From assembly GCA_035500095.1 (NCBI GenBank), contig DATJXN010000090.1, positions 500-64,499 of the forward strand: DNA of 64,000 bases, given 5' to 3'. Positions 18,429-29,137 of the stretch are shown here, in pieces. A program made the position numbers and the translations under genes. The notes beneath the pieces are model-generated. The model saw only the letters and a program-made list of their open reading frames with translations, was not told the origin of the DNA and ran no database searches. The first letter of the stretch is position 1. Every line of letters starts with the position of its first letter. This DNA is from Candidatus Binataceae bacterium. Its GTDB lineage: Bacteria > Desulfobacterota > Binatia > Binatales > Binataceae.

Positions 18429-19361
18429 ATGGCAATCACGGTATGTCCGGTGACGGAGAGTTTCGCCGCCGAGATCGGCGACATCGATTTGTCGCGACCG
18501 CTCGATTCCGCCGACCTTGCGGCGATCAAGCAGGCGTTCTGGGATTACGGGGTGCTGATATTTCCGGATCAGGAACTCACCGACGAGCAGCACCTGGATT
18601 TCTCCCGCCACTTCGGACCGCTGGAGACCACTATCGCGGCCTTGAACCCGGGCGCGAGACTGCGCGTCTCGGACAAGCTCGCCGACGTTTCGAACCTCAA
18701 CTCGCGGAGCGCAATCTGGGGCGAGAAAAGCCGGACGCGCATGCTGCAGCTGGCCAATCGTCTGTGGCATACCGACAGCTCGTTCAAGTATCTGCCGGCG
18801 CGCGCCTCGCTCCTCTATGCGCGCACGATTCCGCCCCTCGGCGGGCGCACCGAGTTCGCCGACCTGCGCGCCGCTTACGACGCGCTCGACGACGGCCTTA
18901 AGCGCCGGCTCGAAGGCTTGGTCGCCGAACACGCGCTTGCCTTTTCGCGCGCGCGCATCGGTTTCACCGCCTTCACCGAGGCCGAGCGCAACAACCTGCC
19001 GCCGGTGCCCCAGGTGATGTCGCGGACGATTCCGGAAAACGGCAGAAAGACGCTTTATGTCGCGTCACACATCGGCCATATCGCCGGGATGCCCGACGTT
19101 GAGGCGCGCGCGCTGGTCGATCGGCTGATCGCGCACGCCACCCAGCGCCAGTTCGTATACAGCCATCGATGGCGCGTGCACGACCTCGTGATGTGGGACG
19201 ATCGCTGCACGATGCATCGCGGCACCGACTTCGACGATCTGCGCTGGCCGCGCGACGTCCGCCGCGCCACCGTCAACGACGTCGCCAACACCTGCGAGCA
19301 AGAGGGCATCGCGGTCGCGCCCCCTGCACCGGGCGCGGCGGCAAACGCCGAAGACTACTAA
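18429..19361 (+). CDS. TauD/TfdA-family Fe(II)/alpha-ketoglutarate-dependent dioxygenase.
   Basis: ...WHTDSSFKYLPARASLLYARTIPPLGGRTEFADLRAAYDALDD...VYSHRWRVHDLVMWDDRCTMHRG... gives the HxD...H facial triad and the R-x-T tail typical of TauD. Confidence 0.85.
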   Translation: MAITVCPVTESFAAEIGDIDLSRPLDSADLAAIKQAFWDYGVLIFPDQELTDEQHLDFSRHFGPLETTIAALNPGARLRVSDKLADVSNLNSRSAIWGEKSRTRMLQLANRLWHTDSSFKYLPARASLLYARTIPPLGGRTEFADLRAAYDALDDGLKRRLEGLVAEHALAFSRARIGFTAFTEAERNNLPPVPQVMSRTIPENGRKTLYVASHIGHIAGMPDVEARALVDRLIAHATQRQFVYSHRWRVHDLVMWDDRCTMHRGTDFDDLRWPRDVRRATVNDVANTCEQEGIAVAPPAPGAAANAEDY

Positions 19362-19390
19362 CCTTCGAAGACTACTAACCCTGGAAGACT
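19346..19390 (+). repeat. Short tandem duplication (cgaagactactaacc x2 plus a partial copy) that spans the TauD stop codon.
   Basis: Read directly from the sequence: gccgaagactactaaccttcgaagactactaaccctggaagact. Confidence 0.5.
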
Positions 19391-19436
19391 TGTAAAACCT
19401 GATAGACAGCGCGGCGAGCGCGCGCTGCGCCCGGCG

Positions 19437-20288
19437 CTAATTCCTTTTCTCAGGCGCGAAAAAAGCGATCGTGCGCGCCTCGATACTCTCGCGCGGCGCG
19501 GCGTCGGGGGGAGAGGTCGGATCGTCGAAGGCGGTATGCGCGGTCCAGCGCGCACGCCCGTCGGCGGCGGAATCGTAACATTTCAGCAGCAGCGCTTCAT
19601 CGCGCAGCATCCGCGGAAAATAGAACCATCGATGCTCCGGATTGAAGGAGACCGAGTAAACCTCGCCCGTGCGATCGCGGTACTTGAGATCGGTCGGAAC
19701 GAAGTCGGCAAGGCGCATGCTCTGCGCGTCGCATACCGCAAGCGGCGCTTCTTCAACGGGGCCGCGAATCGGCCGCCATACGTTGATGAACGTGAAGCGG
19801 TTCTTGAGCAGCGTCTCGGCCTCGGCGCCCAGCAGATCGCGCACGCGTTGCGGTCCGGATTTAAGCGTGTAGTCGTTGTGTGCGAAGCGAACCGGCTCGC
19901 GCGCGCCGTTGCGCCCCTCTTTCGCCATCGGCCCGCAGCGCACGTTGTGATCGAAAACCACCACCCGCACCGCTCCCGTCGCCTGCTTCACCAGGCGCTC
20001 AACTTCGGGATAGTAGATAGCGCGGACCTCGGCCTCGTCGTAGAAGTTGGTGACCGCGGTCGGGTGATGAACCAGCGCGAAGCCCTGGCCGTCCAGGGTC
20101 AGCCGCTCGTCAACGGCGCGGCCGTTCAGAATCGTCATCGTGTGCTTGATGTTGTGGTAGGTCCGCTGCGGCGCGCCGTCTTCGGTCTTGTACATGTAGG
20201 TGACCGGCTTTTCGGCGCTCTCGGCGAGGTAGTTCAGCGCGGCCTCGACACTGCCAACAACCTCGCCGCTATGGGTGCTTTCATTCAT
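19437..20288 (-). CDS. CmcJ/NvfI-type oxygenase (putative hydroxylase), convergent with TauD.
   Basis: 283 aa: MNESTHSGEVVGSVEAALNYLAESAEKPVTYMY... The assignment rests on my recall of length and N-terminal pattern and needs confirmation by HMM. Confidence 0.5.
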   Translation of the reverse strand: MNESTHSGEVVGSVEAALNYLAESAEKPVTYMYKTEDGAPQRTYHNIKHTMTILNGRAVDERLTLDGQGFALVHHPTAVTNFYDEAEVRAIYYPEVERLVKQATGAVRVVVFDHNVRCGPMAKEGRNGAREPVRFAHNDYTLKSGPQRVRDLLGAEAETLLKNRFTFINVWRPIRGPVEEAPLAVCDAQSMRLADFVPTDLKYRDRTGEVYSVSFNPEHRWFYFPRMLRDEALLLKCYDSAADGRARWTAHTAFDDPTSPPDAAPRESIEARTIAFFAPEKRN

Positions 20289-20460
20289 TGTCCGGGTCCT
20301 GCCTTCTGCGTCCGTGCCGACGGACTGCTATGACTTCTCAGATGCTGGAGCAATTTCCGTGCTTGTGAGAATAGTCAAGAAAAACGGGAATTTCTAATGG
20401 CGGCGTTTCCCGAAATGCGAGAAAAAGGCACCTGCGCGGAAATATTCGCAAAACGCCGAA

Positions 20461-21907
20461 TCAGCCCGGTTGGATTCGCTCAAGCGCGGCCCGTAATCGC
20501 GCGACGGTTCGCGCCTTGCCGAGCACCGCTATAACCTCGTAAATTCCCGGACTGACCGTACCGCCGGTCAGCGCGACGCGCACGGGCTGCGCGAGCTGGC
20601 CAAGCTTCATCTCGAACCGCCCGAGCACCCGCTCGAACGCCGCCTGCACCGCCGCCTCGTCGAAGTCGCCGGAGATCGATTCGATTTCGTGCGCGAGCGC
20701 TTCCAGCGGCCGCGCGGTCTCGGGCTTGAGGAATTTGGCGGCGGCCTTGGGATCGATTTCAATCGCGCCGCGCAGATAGAACTTCGCGAATTCGACCAGC
20801 TCGACCAGCGTCTTGGCCCGCTCGCGAAGCGTCGCGATCATCTTTTCGAGCCAGGCCTGGTCGCCGGGAATATCCGCATAGCCGGCGCGTTTGATGAATG
20901 GGATGACCTCGCGCGCTAGCTGGGGCAACGGCCGCTCCTTCATGTAGTGAAAGTTCAACCACAGAAGTTTCTCGGCGTTAAATATGCCGGCCGATTTGCC
21001 GCAGGCCTCGAAGCCGAAATAATCAACCAGCTCCTTTTTGGAAAAGACCTCCTGGTCGCCGTGCGACCATCCGAGCCGTGCCAGGTAGTTCAACAAGGCT
21101 TCGGGAAAGTAGCCGGCGTCGCGATAGGCAAAGACCGACGTCGCGCCGTGGCGCTTGGAGAGCTTCTGCCCGTCGGGCCCCATCACCATCGGCAGATGCG
21201 CGTATTCGGGCGGCTTGAGCCCGAGCGCGTAGAAAATCTGCATCTGGCGCGGCGTGTTGGGAAGATGGTCGTCGCCGCGGACGACGTGGGTGATGCCGAA
21301 GTCGGCGTCGTCGAGCACGGTGGCGAAATTGTAGGTCGGCACGCCGTCGGAGCGGAAGATGATCAGGTCGTCGAGTTCCGCGTTATCGAACACGGCGCGG
21401 CCCTTGACGTGGTCTTCGACCACGGTCTGGCCGGTGCGCGGCGACCGGAAGCGAATCGTGTAATTGCGCCCGGCGCGCTTGTCGGGAAGCTCGAGGTCCG
21501 GCGAGAACGGCAGGTCGCGGCACTTGCCGTCGTAGCCGGGCTTGCGATGCTCGCGTTCGGCCTGCTTGCGCTTCGCCTCCAGTTCCTCGGCGGTGCAATG
21601 GCAGGGATAGGCCTTTTTCTCGCGCAGCAACTGAAGCGCGCCCTCGCGATAGCGGTCGAAGCGGCTTGACTGGAAATAGCTGCGATCGGGCGGTCCCTTA
21701 TCCCACTCCATCCCGAGCCATCGCAGGCTTTCAAGAATCTCGGCGAGCGACTCCTCGGTCGAGCGCTCCTGGTCGGTGTCGTCGATGCGGAGGATGAACT
21801 CGCCGCCGCTGTGGCGCGCATACAGGTAGGCGAACAATCCCGAGCGCACGTTGCCGATATGCAGCGCGCCGGTCGGGCTCGGCGCGTAGCGGGTACGTAC
21901 GGTCACG
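20461..21907 (-). CDS. gltX: Glutamate--tRNA ligase.
   Basis: HIGH-region motif APSPTGALHIGNVRSGLFAYLYARH and the KMSKS-type loop LSKRHG. The probable GTG start at 21907-21905 (VTVRTRYAPSPTG; GGGAG lies 11 nt upstream) avoids the overlap with guaA that the longer track ORF implies. Confidence 0.9.
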
Positions 21908-21913
21908 CGTGTG

Positions 21914-23446
21914 CTACTCCCATTCGATGGTCGCGGGCGGCTTGGAGGTGATGTCATAGACGACGCGGTTGACGCCGCGCGCCTCGTTGGTGATGCGGTT
22001 GGAGAGATGCGCGAGCACCCCCGGATCGATCCGCGCCCAGTCCGCGGTCATCCCGTCTGACGACTCGACCGCGCGAATCGCGATCACGCTCTCGTAGCTG
22101 CGCCCGTCGCCCATCACGCCCACGGTCTTGAGCGGCAGCAACACCGCAAACGCCTGCCAGAGCCGCGCGCCTAACCCGGCCGCCGCGATCTCCTCCATCA
22201 CGATCAGGTCGGCGCGGCGCAATAGCTCCACGCGCTCGCGCGTCACCTCGCCCACGATCCGCACCGCCAGGCCCGGGCCCGGGAACGGCTCGCGATCGAC
22301 GACGTCGGCACCAAGGCCCAGTTCGCGGCCGACCGCGCGCGCTTCGTCCTTGAACAGCTCGCGCAGCGGCTCGACCAGCTCCAGGCGCATCCGCTCCGGC
22401 AATCCGCCGACGTTGTGATGCGACTTGATCACGGCCGAGGGGCCCTTGAACGAGACTGACTCGATCACGTCCGGATAGAGCGTTCCCTGGCCGAGGAATT
22501 TCGCGCCGCCAAGCCGCTCGGCCTCCTTTTCGAAAACTTCGATAAAGGTGTGGCCGATGATGCGCCGCTTCTGCTCGGGGTCGAGCACGCCGGCGAGGCG
22601 CTTGAAAAAAAGCTCGGAGGCATCCACCACGCTGAGCGAGATTCCCAGTTGCCCGGCGAACACCGTCTCCATCCGCTCGCGCTCGCCCGCGCGCAGGAGG
22701 CCGGTGTCCACGAAGACGCACTTGAGGCGGTCGCCGATCGCGCGATGGATGAGCACGGCGGCGACCGACGAATCGACCCCGCCCGAGAGCCCCATCAGCA
22801 CGCGACCGTCGCCGCCGACGCGGGCGCGAATCTCGCCGAGCTTGGTCTCGACGAAAGCGGCCGGCGTCCAATCGCCCGCCTCGCCGCAAATCCGGTGCAC
22901 GAAGTTACCGAGCACCCGGATCCCGCACGGCGTGTGGGCGACCTCGGGATGGAACTGGATGCCGCGGAGCAGACCGTCGTGCGAGCGCACCGCCGCATAC
23001 GGCGAATTGCCGCTGTGCGCGATCGCTTCGAGCGCGGACGGAATTTCTTCGACGCGGTCGCCGTGGCTCATCCATACCGGGAATTCGCGGTCGGCGAGCC
23101 CCTCGAACAATTCATCGCGACGGTCGATTATGAGCTCGGCCGGACCGTACTCGCGCTTGCCGGCGCCCGCGCTATGCGCGCCCAGATGCTGCGCGATCAC
23201 GTAGAGCCCGTAGCAAATTCCCAGCACCGGGCATCCGATGCGCAACACCTCGGGCGCGATATCCGGCGCGTCGGCCTCGTAGAGGCTCGCCGGGCCGCCG
23301 GAGAGGATGATTCCGCGCGGATGCATCGCGCGAATCTTTTCGATCGCAAGATTGTAGGGATGAATCTCGCAATAGACCTTGGCCTCGCGCACGCGGCGAG
23401 CGATTAGCTGCGTGTACTGGCTGCCGAAATCCAGGATCAGGATCAC
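21914..23446 (-). CDS. guaA: GMP synthase (glutamine-hydrolysing).
   Basis: MILILDFGSQYTQLIARRVRE...GCPVLGICYG (GATase domain) ...GLSGGVDSSVAAVLI (PP-loop) ... C-terminal dimerisation domain ending TIEWE. Confidence 0.95.
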   Translation of the reverse strand: MILILDFGSQYTQLIARRVREAKVYCEIHPYNLAIEKIRAMHPRGIILSGGPASLYEADAPDIAPEVLRIGCPVLGICYGLYVIAQHLGAHSAGAGKREYGPAELIIDRRDELFEGLADREFPVWMSHGDRVEEIPSALEAIAHSGNSPYAAVRSHDGLLRGIQFHPEVAHTPCGIRVLGNFVHRICGEAGDWTPAAFVETKLGEIRARVGGDGRVLMGLSGGVDSSVAAVLIHRAIGDRLKCVFVDTGLLRAGERERMETVFAGQLGISLSVVDASELFFKRLAGVLDPEQKRRIIGHTFIEVFEKEAERLGGAKFLGQGTLYPDVIESVSFKGPSAVIKSHHNVGGLPERMRLELVEPLRELFKDEARAVGRELGLGADVVDREPFPGPGLAVRIVGEVTRERVELLRRADLIVMEEIAAAGLGARLWQAFAVLLPLKTVGVMGDGRSYESVIAIRAVESSDGMTADWARIDPGVLAHLSNRITNEARGVNRVVYDITSKPPATIEWE

Positions 23447-23576
23447 TAAAGCCGACCTTGCGTATAGCTACTATATCCGACCCGTTTGACGCGGCGAAAT
23501 GCGGCCGGCGCGCACCTTTCCACAACGCCGGCGCCGCTTCGCTCGGCGCGGGCCGCCACCCCGCTCGTCCGCACGC

Positions 23577-25097
23577 TCATCGCTTCGCCCTGGGCCCCTT
23601 GGCGGATGTCTTGGCGGATGTTTTGACTGATTTCTTGGCTGGGATTTTTGCTGACGTCTTGGCGAGCGGCTTAGGAGGCGATTCCTTGTGCCGCACGGCG
23701 CCGCTTGCGCGCGCCTCGGCCCACGTGCGGCCGGTGCGGCGGAAGCTCATCAAAAGAGGCGTACCGACGAGTCTCAGCGCCGCGCGAAATCGGGTCGCGA
23801 GAAAACGCAGGTAGTGCGCCGGAATATCGCCTTCGACGTTGGCGAAGAACGCGAGACGCGGCGGCGAGTGGCCGACCTGAGTGACGTACATCAGCCGAAG
23901 CCGCCGCCGCTCGATCATCGGGGGATCCATCGCGGCCGTGGCCTCGGCCAGGATGCGGTTGAGATTCGCAGTCTGGAAGGTCGCGCGCCATGAATCGGCG
24001 GCCCTCATCGCCGCCGGGATGATCTTATCCACGCCGTCGCCGGTCAGTGCCGACGTGAACAGCATCTCGGCAAACCCCAGGAACGGCACCTGCGCCTCCG
24101 CATCGCGCACGAAGGCCGCGACCCGCCGTCCCGCCTTCGCGGCAAGGTCCCACTTGTTGCACACCACGACCAGGGCGCGGCCCTCGCTTTCGACCAGGTG
24201 AGCTAGGCGCGCGTCCTGGTCGGTGACGCCCTCGGTCGAATCGATCACCAGGACCAGCACCTCGGCGCGGCGAATCGTCTCGATCGCGCGGCCGACCGAG
24301 AAATGCTCGAGTTCGCCTTCCACCCTTGCAGGGCGGCGGATTCCTGCGGTGTCGATCAGAAGCACGTCGCGGTCCGCGGCGCGCAGGCGCAGGTCAACCG
24401 GATCCCTCGTGGTGCCGGGCGTATCGTCCACGATCGCGCGCTCGAAACCGGCGAGACGATTGAGCAGCGACGATTTGCCGACGTTGGGACGGCCAATGAA
24501 CGCAAGGCGCAGATCGGGCGGCGCCGGCGGCGCGGCCTCGGCGGCGGGCAACCGTTCGACGATCTCGTCGAGCAAGTCCTCGATCCCGCGTCCGTGAGCA
24601 GCCGAGATGAGCAGCATCGGCGAGATTCCGAGCGCATGATACTCGGCGGCCGCCGCTTCCACCCCCGCGCGGTCCATCTTATTCACCGCCGCGACCATCG
24701 GCCGTCCGGTCGCCCGAATCAGCTCGACGGCTTCGCGATCGCCGGGGCCGAGACCGCCTCGCCCGTCGAGCATGAAGACCACGACGTCGGCCAGCGCGAC
24801 CGCGCGCAAGGCATCTTGTGCGACCCGCTTGCCCATCCGTTCGCGGCCGCCCAATTCGAGTCCGCCGCTGTCGATGATGAAGAAACTGCGTCCGCGATGC
24901 TCGGCCTGGCCGAGGTTGAGGTCGCGCGTGGTGCCGGCGACCGGACTTACGATCGCGCGGCGGCCGCGGGCGATCCGGTTGAACAGGGTCGATTTGCCGG
25001 CGTTGGCGCGGCCGACCAGGACCACGACCGGCGCGCCCCTGAGCAGCGCGCCCAGCGCGTCCGCGGGGCCGGCGGCGTTCGCGACCGGTTTCATCAT
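23577..25097 (-). CDS. der: Ribosome-biogenesis GTPase Der (EngA) with a Lys-rich KTSAK-repeat C-terminal tail.
   Basis: Two G-domains (GRANAGKSTLFNR...DSGG; GRPNVGKSSLLNR...DTAG) and a KH-like domain. Start MMKPVANAAG at 25097. The tail is ...PPKPLAKTSAKIPAKKSVKTSAKTSAKGPRAKR. Confidence 0.9.
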   Translation of the reverse strand: MMKPVANAAGPADALGALLRGAPVVVLVGRANAGKSTLFNRIARGRRAIVSPVAGTTRDLNLGQAEHRGRSFFIIDSGGLELGGRERMGKRVAQDALRAVALADVVVFMLDGRGGLGPGDREAVELIRATGRPMVAAVNKMDRAGVEAAAAEYHALGISPMLLISAAHGRGIEDLLDEIVERLPAAEAAPPAPPDLRLAFIGRPNVGKSSLLNRLAGFERAIVDDTPGTTRDPVDLRLRAADRDVLLIDTAGIRRPARVEGELEHFSVGRAIETIRRAEVLVLVIDSTEGVTDQDARLAHLVESEGRALVVVCNKWDLAAKAGRRVAAFVRDAEAQVPFLGFAEMLFTSALTGDGVDKIIPAAMRAADSWRATFQTANLNRILAEATAAMDPPMIERRRLRLMYVTQVGHSPPRLAFFANVEGDIPAHYLRFLATRFRAALRLVGTPLLMSFRRTGRTWAEARASGAVRHKESPPKPLAKTSAKIPAKKSVKTSAKTSAKGPRAKR

Positions 25098-25113
25098 CGA
25101 ATCCCGGCTCCGC

Positions 25114-26010
25114 CTAGAGCCCCAGCTCCGCGATCTTGCGCGGGCTGCGCGTCCAATCCTTTTCGACCTTGACCAGGAGCTGCAGGAAGACGCGCGCGCC
25201 CAGCATCTTTTCCAGTTCCAGGCGCGCCGCGGTGCCGATTTGCTTGAGCTGCCGCCCGCCTGCCCCAATCAGCATCCCCTTATGCGCCTCGCGCGCGACG
25301 ACGATTACCGCGTCGATCCTGAGCAGCCGGCGATCGCTTTCCTCGACGAAATTCTCCACCACCACGGCGGTCGAAAACGGCACCTCCTCGCGCATCGCGA
25401 GGAACACTTTCTCGCGCACGACCTCGGCGGCGATCGTCCGCTCGGTCTGGTCGGTGTATTCGTCTTCGGGCATCAGCGCCGGACCCTCGGGCAGCATCCG
25501 CTTGACGACCGCGACCAGTTCTTCGACGTTGCCGCCCTTAAGAGCGCTCACGGGAACGATCTCGGCCTCGGGCGCCTCGCGCCCGCATTGCTCGAGCGCG
25601 GCGAACAAGCCGGCGCGGCTCACGCGATCGATCTTGTTGACCGCGACAACCCGCGGCGCCTTTATCTCGCGCAATTCGGCGAGAAAGGCGCGGTCGCCCT
25701 CGCCAAGCGGAGCGGCCGCCTCGACCACGCCGAGAACGACCTCGCCCTCGCCGAGGCATCGGCGCGCGATTTCGATCATGTGCTGGTCGAGCGCGCTTCG
25801 CGGACGATGCAATCCCGGGGTATCTACGAAGATTAACTGCGCGTCGGGGTCGGAGCGGATACCGAGGATGCGGCGGCGCGTGGTCTGCGGGCGCGGCGTG
25901 ACGATCGCGACCTTGTGCCCGACCATCCGGTTGAGCAGCGTCGATTTGCCGACGTTGGTGCGCCCGCCGAGCGTGACGAAGCCTGCGCGATGTGGTTCAG
26001 CGACGCTCAC
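25114..26010 (-). CDS. era: GTPase Era.
   Basis: G1 motif GRTNVGKSTLLNR, G3 DTPG, and a C-terminal KH domain. The likely GTG start (VSVAEPHRAGFVTLGG) overlaps the rnc stop. Confidence 0.9.
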   Translation of the reverse strand: MSVAEPHRAGFVTLGGRTNVGKSTLLNRMVGHKVAIVTPRPQTTRRRILGIRSDPDAQLIFVDTPGLHRPRSALDQHMIEIARRCLGEGEVVLGVVEAAAPLGEGDRAFLAELREIKAPRVVAVNKIDRVSRAGLFAALEQCGREAPEAEIVPVSALKGGNVEELVAVVKRMLPEGPALMPEDEYTDQTERTIAAEVVREKVFLAMREEVPFSTAVVVENFVEESDRRLLRIDAVIVVAREAHKGMLIGAGGRQLKQIGTAARLELEKMLGARVFLQLLVKVEKDWTRSPRKIAELGL

Positions 26011-26794
26011 GTTTTTCGCTCTCGATGCGGTCGAGCGCGGCGCGCGCCGCGGCTTGCTCGCTCTGCTTTTTGCTGCCGCCCTCGCCCACGCCAAGATCGC
26101 GGCCGGCGATTCGGATTCGCGTGGTGAACATCTTGGCGTGATCGGGGCCGCGCGACGACACCAGTTCGTAAACCGGCTGGCTGCGAAAGCGGCGGTAGGC
26201 GATTTCCTGCAATTCGGTCTTGTAGTCGCGTTCGGTTGAAGGACCGCCGATGTCGCCCGCGAAGAGCCCCTCGATCACCGTCCGCGCCGGCCCAAGCCCG
26301 CTGTCGGTGTAGATCGCGCCGATCACCGCCTCGAACGACGCCGCGAGTATCGAGATCTTTTCGCGTCCGCCGCTTTTCTCCTCGCCCTTGCCCAGCCTTA
26401 GCGCCCGGCCGATACCGATTTCCTGCGCTTTGGCCGCAAGGGTGCGGCCGTTGACGATCGAGGCGCGCTCCTTGGAGAGCACGCCTTCCTTGGCCTCGGG
26501 CAACCGGCGCATCAGCAGGTCCGCGATCGCGAGGTCGAGCACCGCGTCGCCCAGAAACTCCAGCCGCTCATAGTGTGGCTCGGGACCGACCGCGGCGCTC
26601 GGATGGGTGAGTGCGGTCCGCAGCAGCTCGGGACGCACGAAAGTGTAGTTGAACCGCCGTTCCAGGTCTGCGCGGTCTTCCTCAGCGCGCGGTGGCGGCG
26701 CAGGCTCCGGGCCCGGTTTGGGGCCGAGCCACCTGCCCGACAAGGGCAACGCCTTCAATATGCGATGCCACCACCTCAACTTCGTCGTTCCCAA
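25997..26794 (-). CDS. rnc: Ribonuclease III.
   Basis: ERLEFLGDAVLDLAIADLL signature, and the dsRBD C-terminus ...GSKKQSEQAAARAAL. The start is uncertain (N-terminal extension); as called, it overlaps the upstream gene by 112 nt. Confidence 0.85.
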   Translation of the reverse strand: MGTTKLRWWHRILKALPLSGRWLGPKPGPEPAPPPRAEEDRADLERRFNYTFVRPELLRTALTHPSAAVGPEPHYERLEFLGDAVLDLAIADLLMRRLPEAKEGVLSKERASIVNGRTLAAKAQEIGIGRALRLGKGEEKSGGREKISILAASFEAVIGAIYTDSGLGPARTVIEGLFAGDIGGPSTERDYKTELQEIAYRRFRSQPVYELVSSRGPDHAKMFTTRIRIAGRDLGVGEGGSKKQSEQAAARAALDRIESEKRERR

Positions 26795-28045
26795 GAGCTT
26801 CGCGACCCTCCACCAGCACGCGGATATAATTGCGGCTGTAGCCTCTCAGCCTACCGTCCGCGCCCCGTTCTTCAAGCAGCACTTTAAGTTTCGATCCATC
26901 AAACCGTTCGATGAAGCGCCGCCGCTTGTCCTCGCCGAGCGCGCGCAGGATTTCCGCGCGGCGCTTTATGTCGCCTGGCGCGACCCTGCCCTGCAGCTTG
27001 GCGGCCGTGGTCCCCGCCCTCACGGAGTACGGGAAGACGTGGAAGTAGGCAAGCGGAAGCGCTTCGATAAATTTGAAGTAATTGTCGAAATCTGCGGCGG
27101 TCTCGCCGGGAAAGCCCGCGATAAGGTCTGTGCCGACCGCAGCAGATGGCATCAGCTCGAGCACGCGTTCGATCCGGTTCCTGAAGTGCGCGACGTCGTA
27201 GCGTCGGCGCATCCGGACCAGCGTCGCATCGGTGCCGGCCTGGAGCGGCAGGTGCAGATGCGGGCAGAACTTGTCGCTGGCGGCCATGATTTCCAGGATT
27301 CGGTCGCTCAGTTCTTCGGGGTCGAGCGAGCTTATCCGCACCCGGCCTATCGGCGAGCGCTCGGCGACCATCTCGAGCAGCGCCTCCAGGCTGACCGGCG
27401 GATCGAGGTCGCGGCCATAGCCGCCGAGGTGAACTCCGGTCAGGATCACTTCGCGAAAGCCCGAGGCTGCGAGCCGATCGATCGCGTCGAAGATGCGCCG
27501 CGGCTCCACGCTGCGCGAAGTTCCGCGCGAGGTCGGCACGATACAGAAGCTGCAGAACTGGTCGCATCCCTCCTGCAGCTTGAGGAACGCGCGCGTGCGG
27601 CCCTCCAGCGCAACCGCTCCAAGCTCGATCGGCGCGCGCTCCTTGCGCAGGTTCGCAACCATCACGCGGTCCGCGGCTTCGCCGAGCACCGCGCGTTCCA
27701 GGTCTTCGGGACGGCCGAGTCCGACCACCGCGTCGATCGCGGGCGAGCCTGCCAGCACCGCGGGGTTTGCCTGCGCAAGGCATCCGGTCATCACCACGCG
27801 CGCATCAGGATTGAGCCGGCGCGCGCGCCGCGCGAGCTTTAAGCTCTCGGTATCGGCGCGATCGGTCACCGTGCAGGTGTTCACGATATAGATGTCGGCG
27901 ACCTCGTCGAACTCGCATCGCTCCATCCCGCGCGCGCCGAGGCGCGACTCGATTATCGCCGAGTCGTACTGGTTGACCTTGCATCCAAGCGTTGCGATCG
28001 CGAAGCGCGCCACGCGCGTTGTTGCGGGAGTGCTCGCCGTCGTCT

Positions 28046-29133
<1,088 letters not shown>

Positions 29134-29137
<4 letters not shown>

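Noticed and set aside
20461-21957. gltX starting at the track's first codon (21957), overlapping guaA by 44 nt.
   Set aside because: An in-frame GTG at 21907 with GGGAG upstream gives the canonical N-terminus directly before the HIGH motif and removes the overlap.
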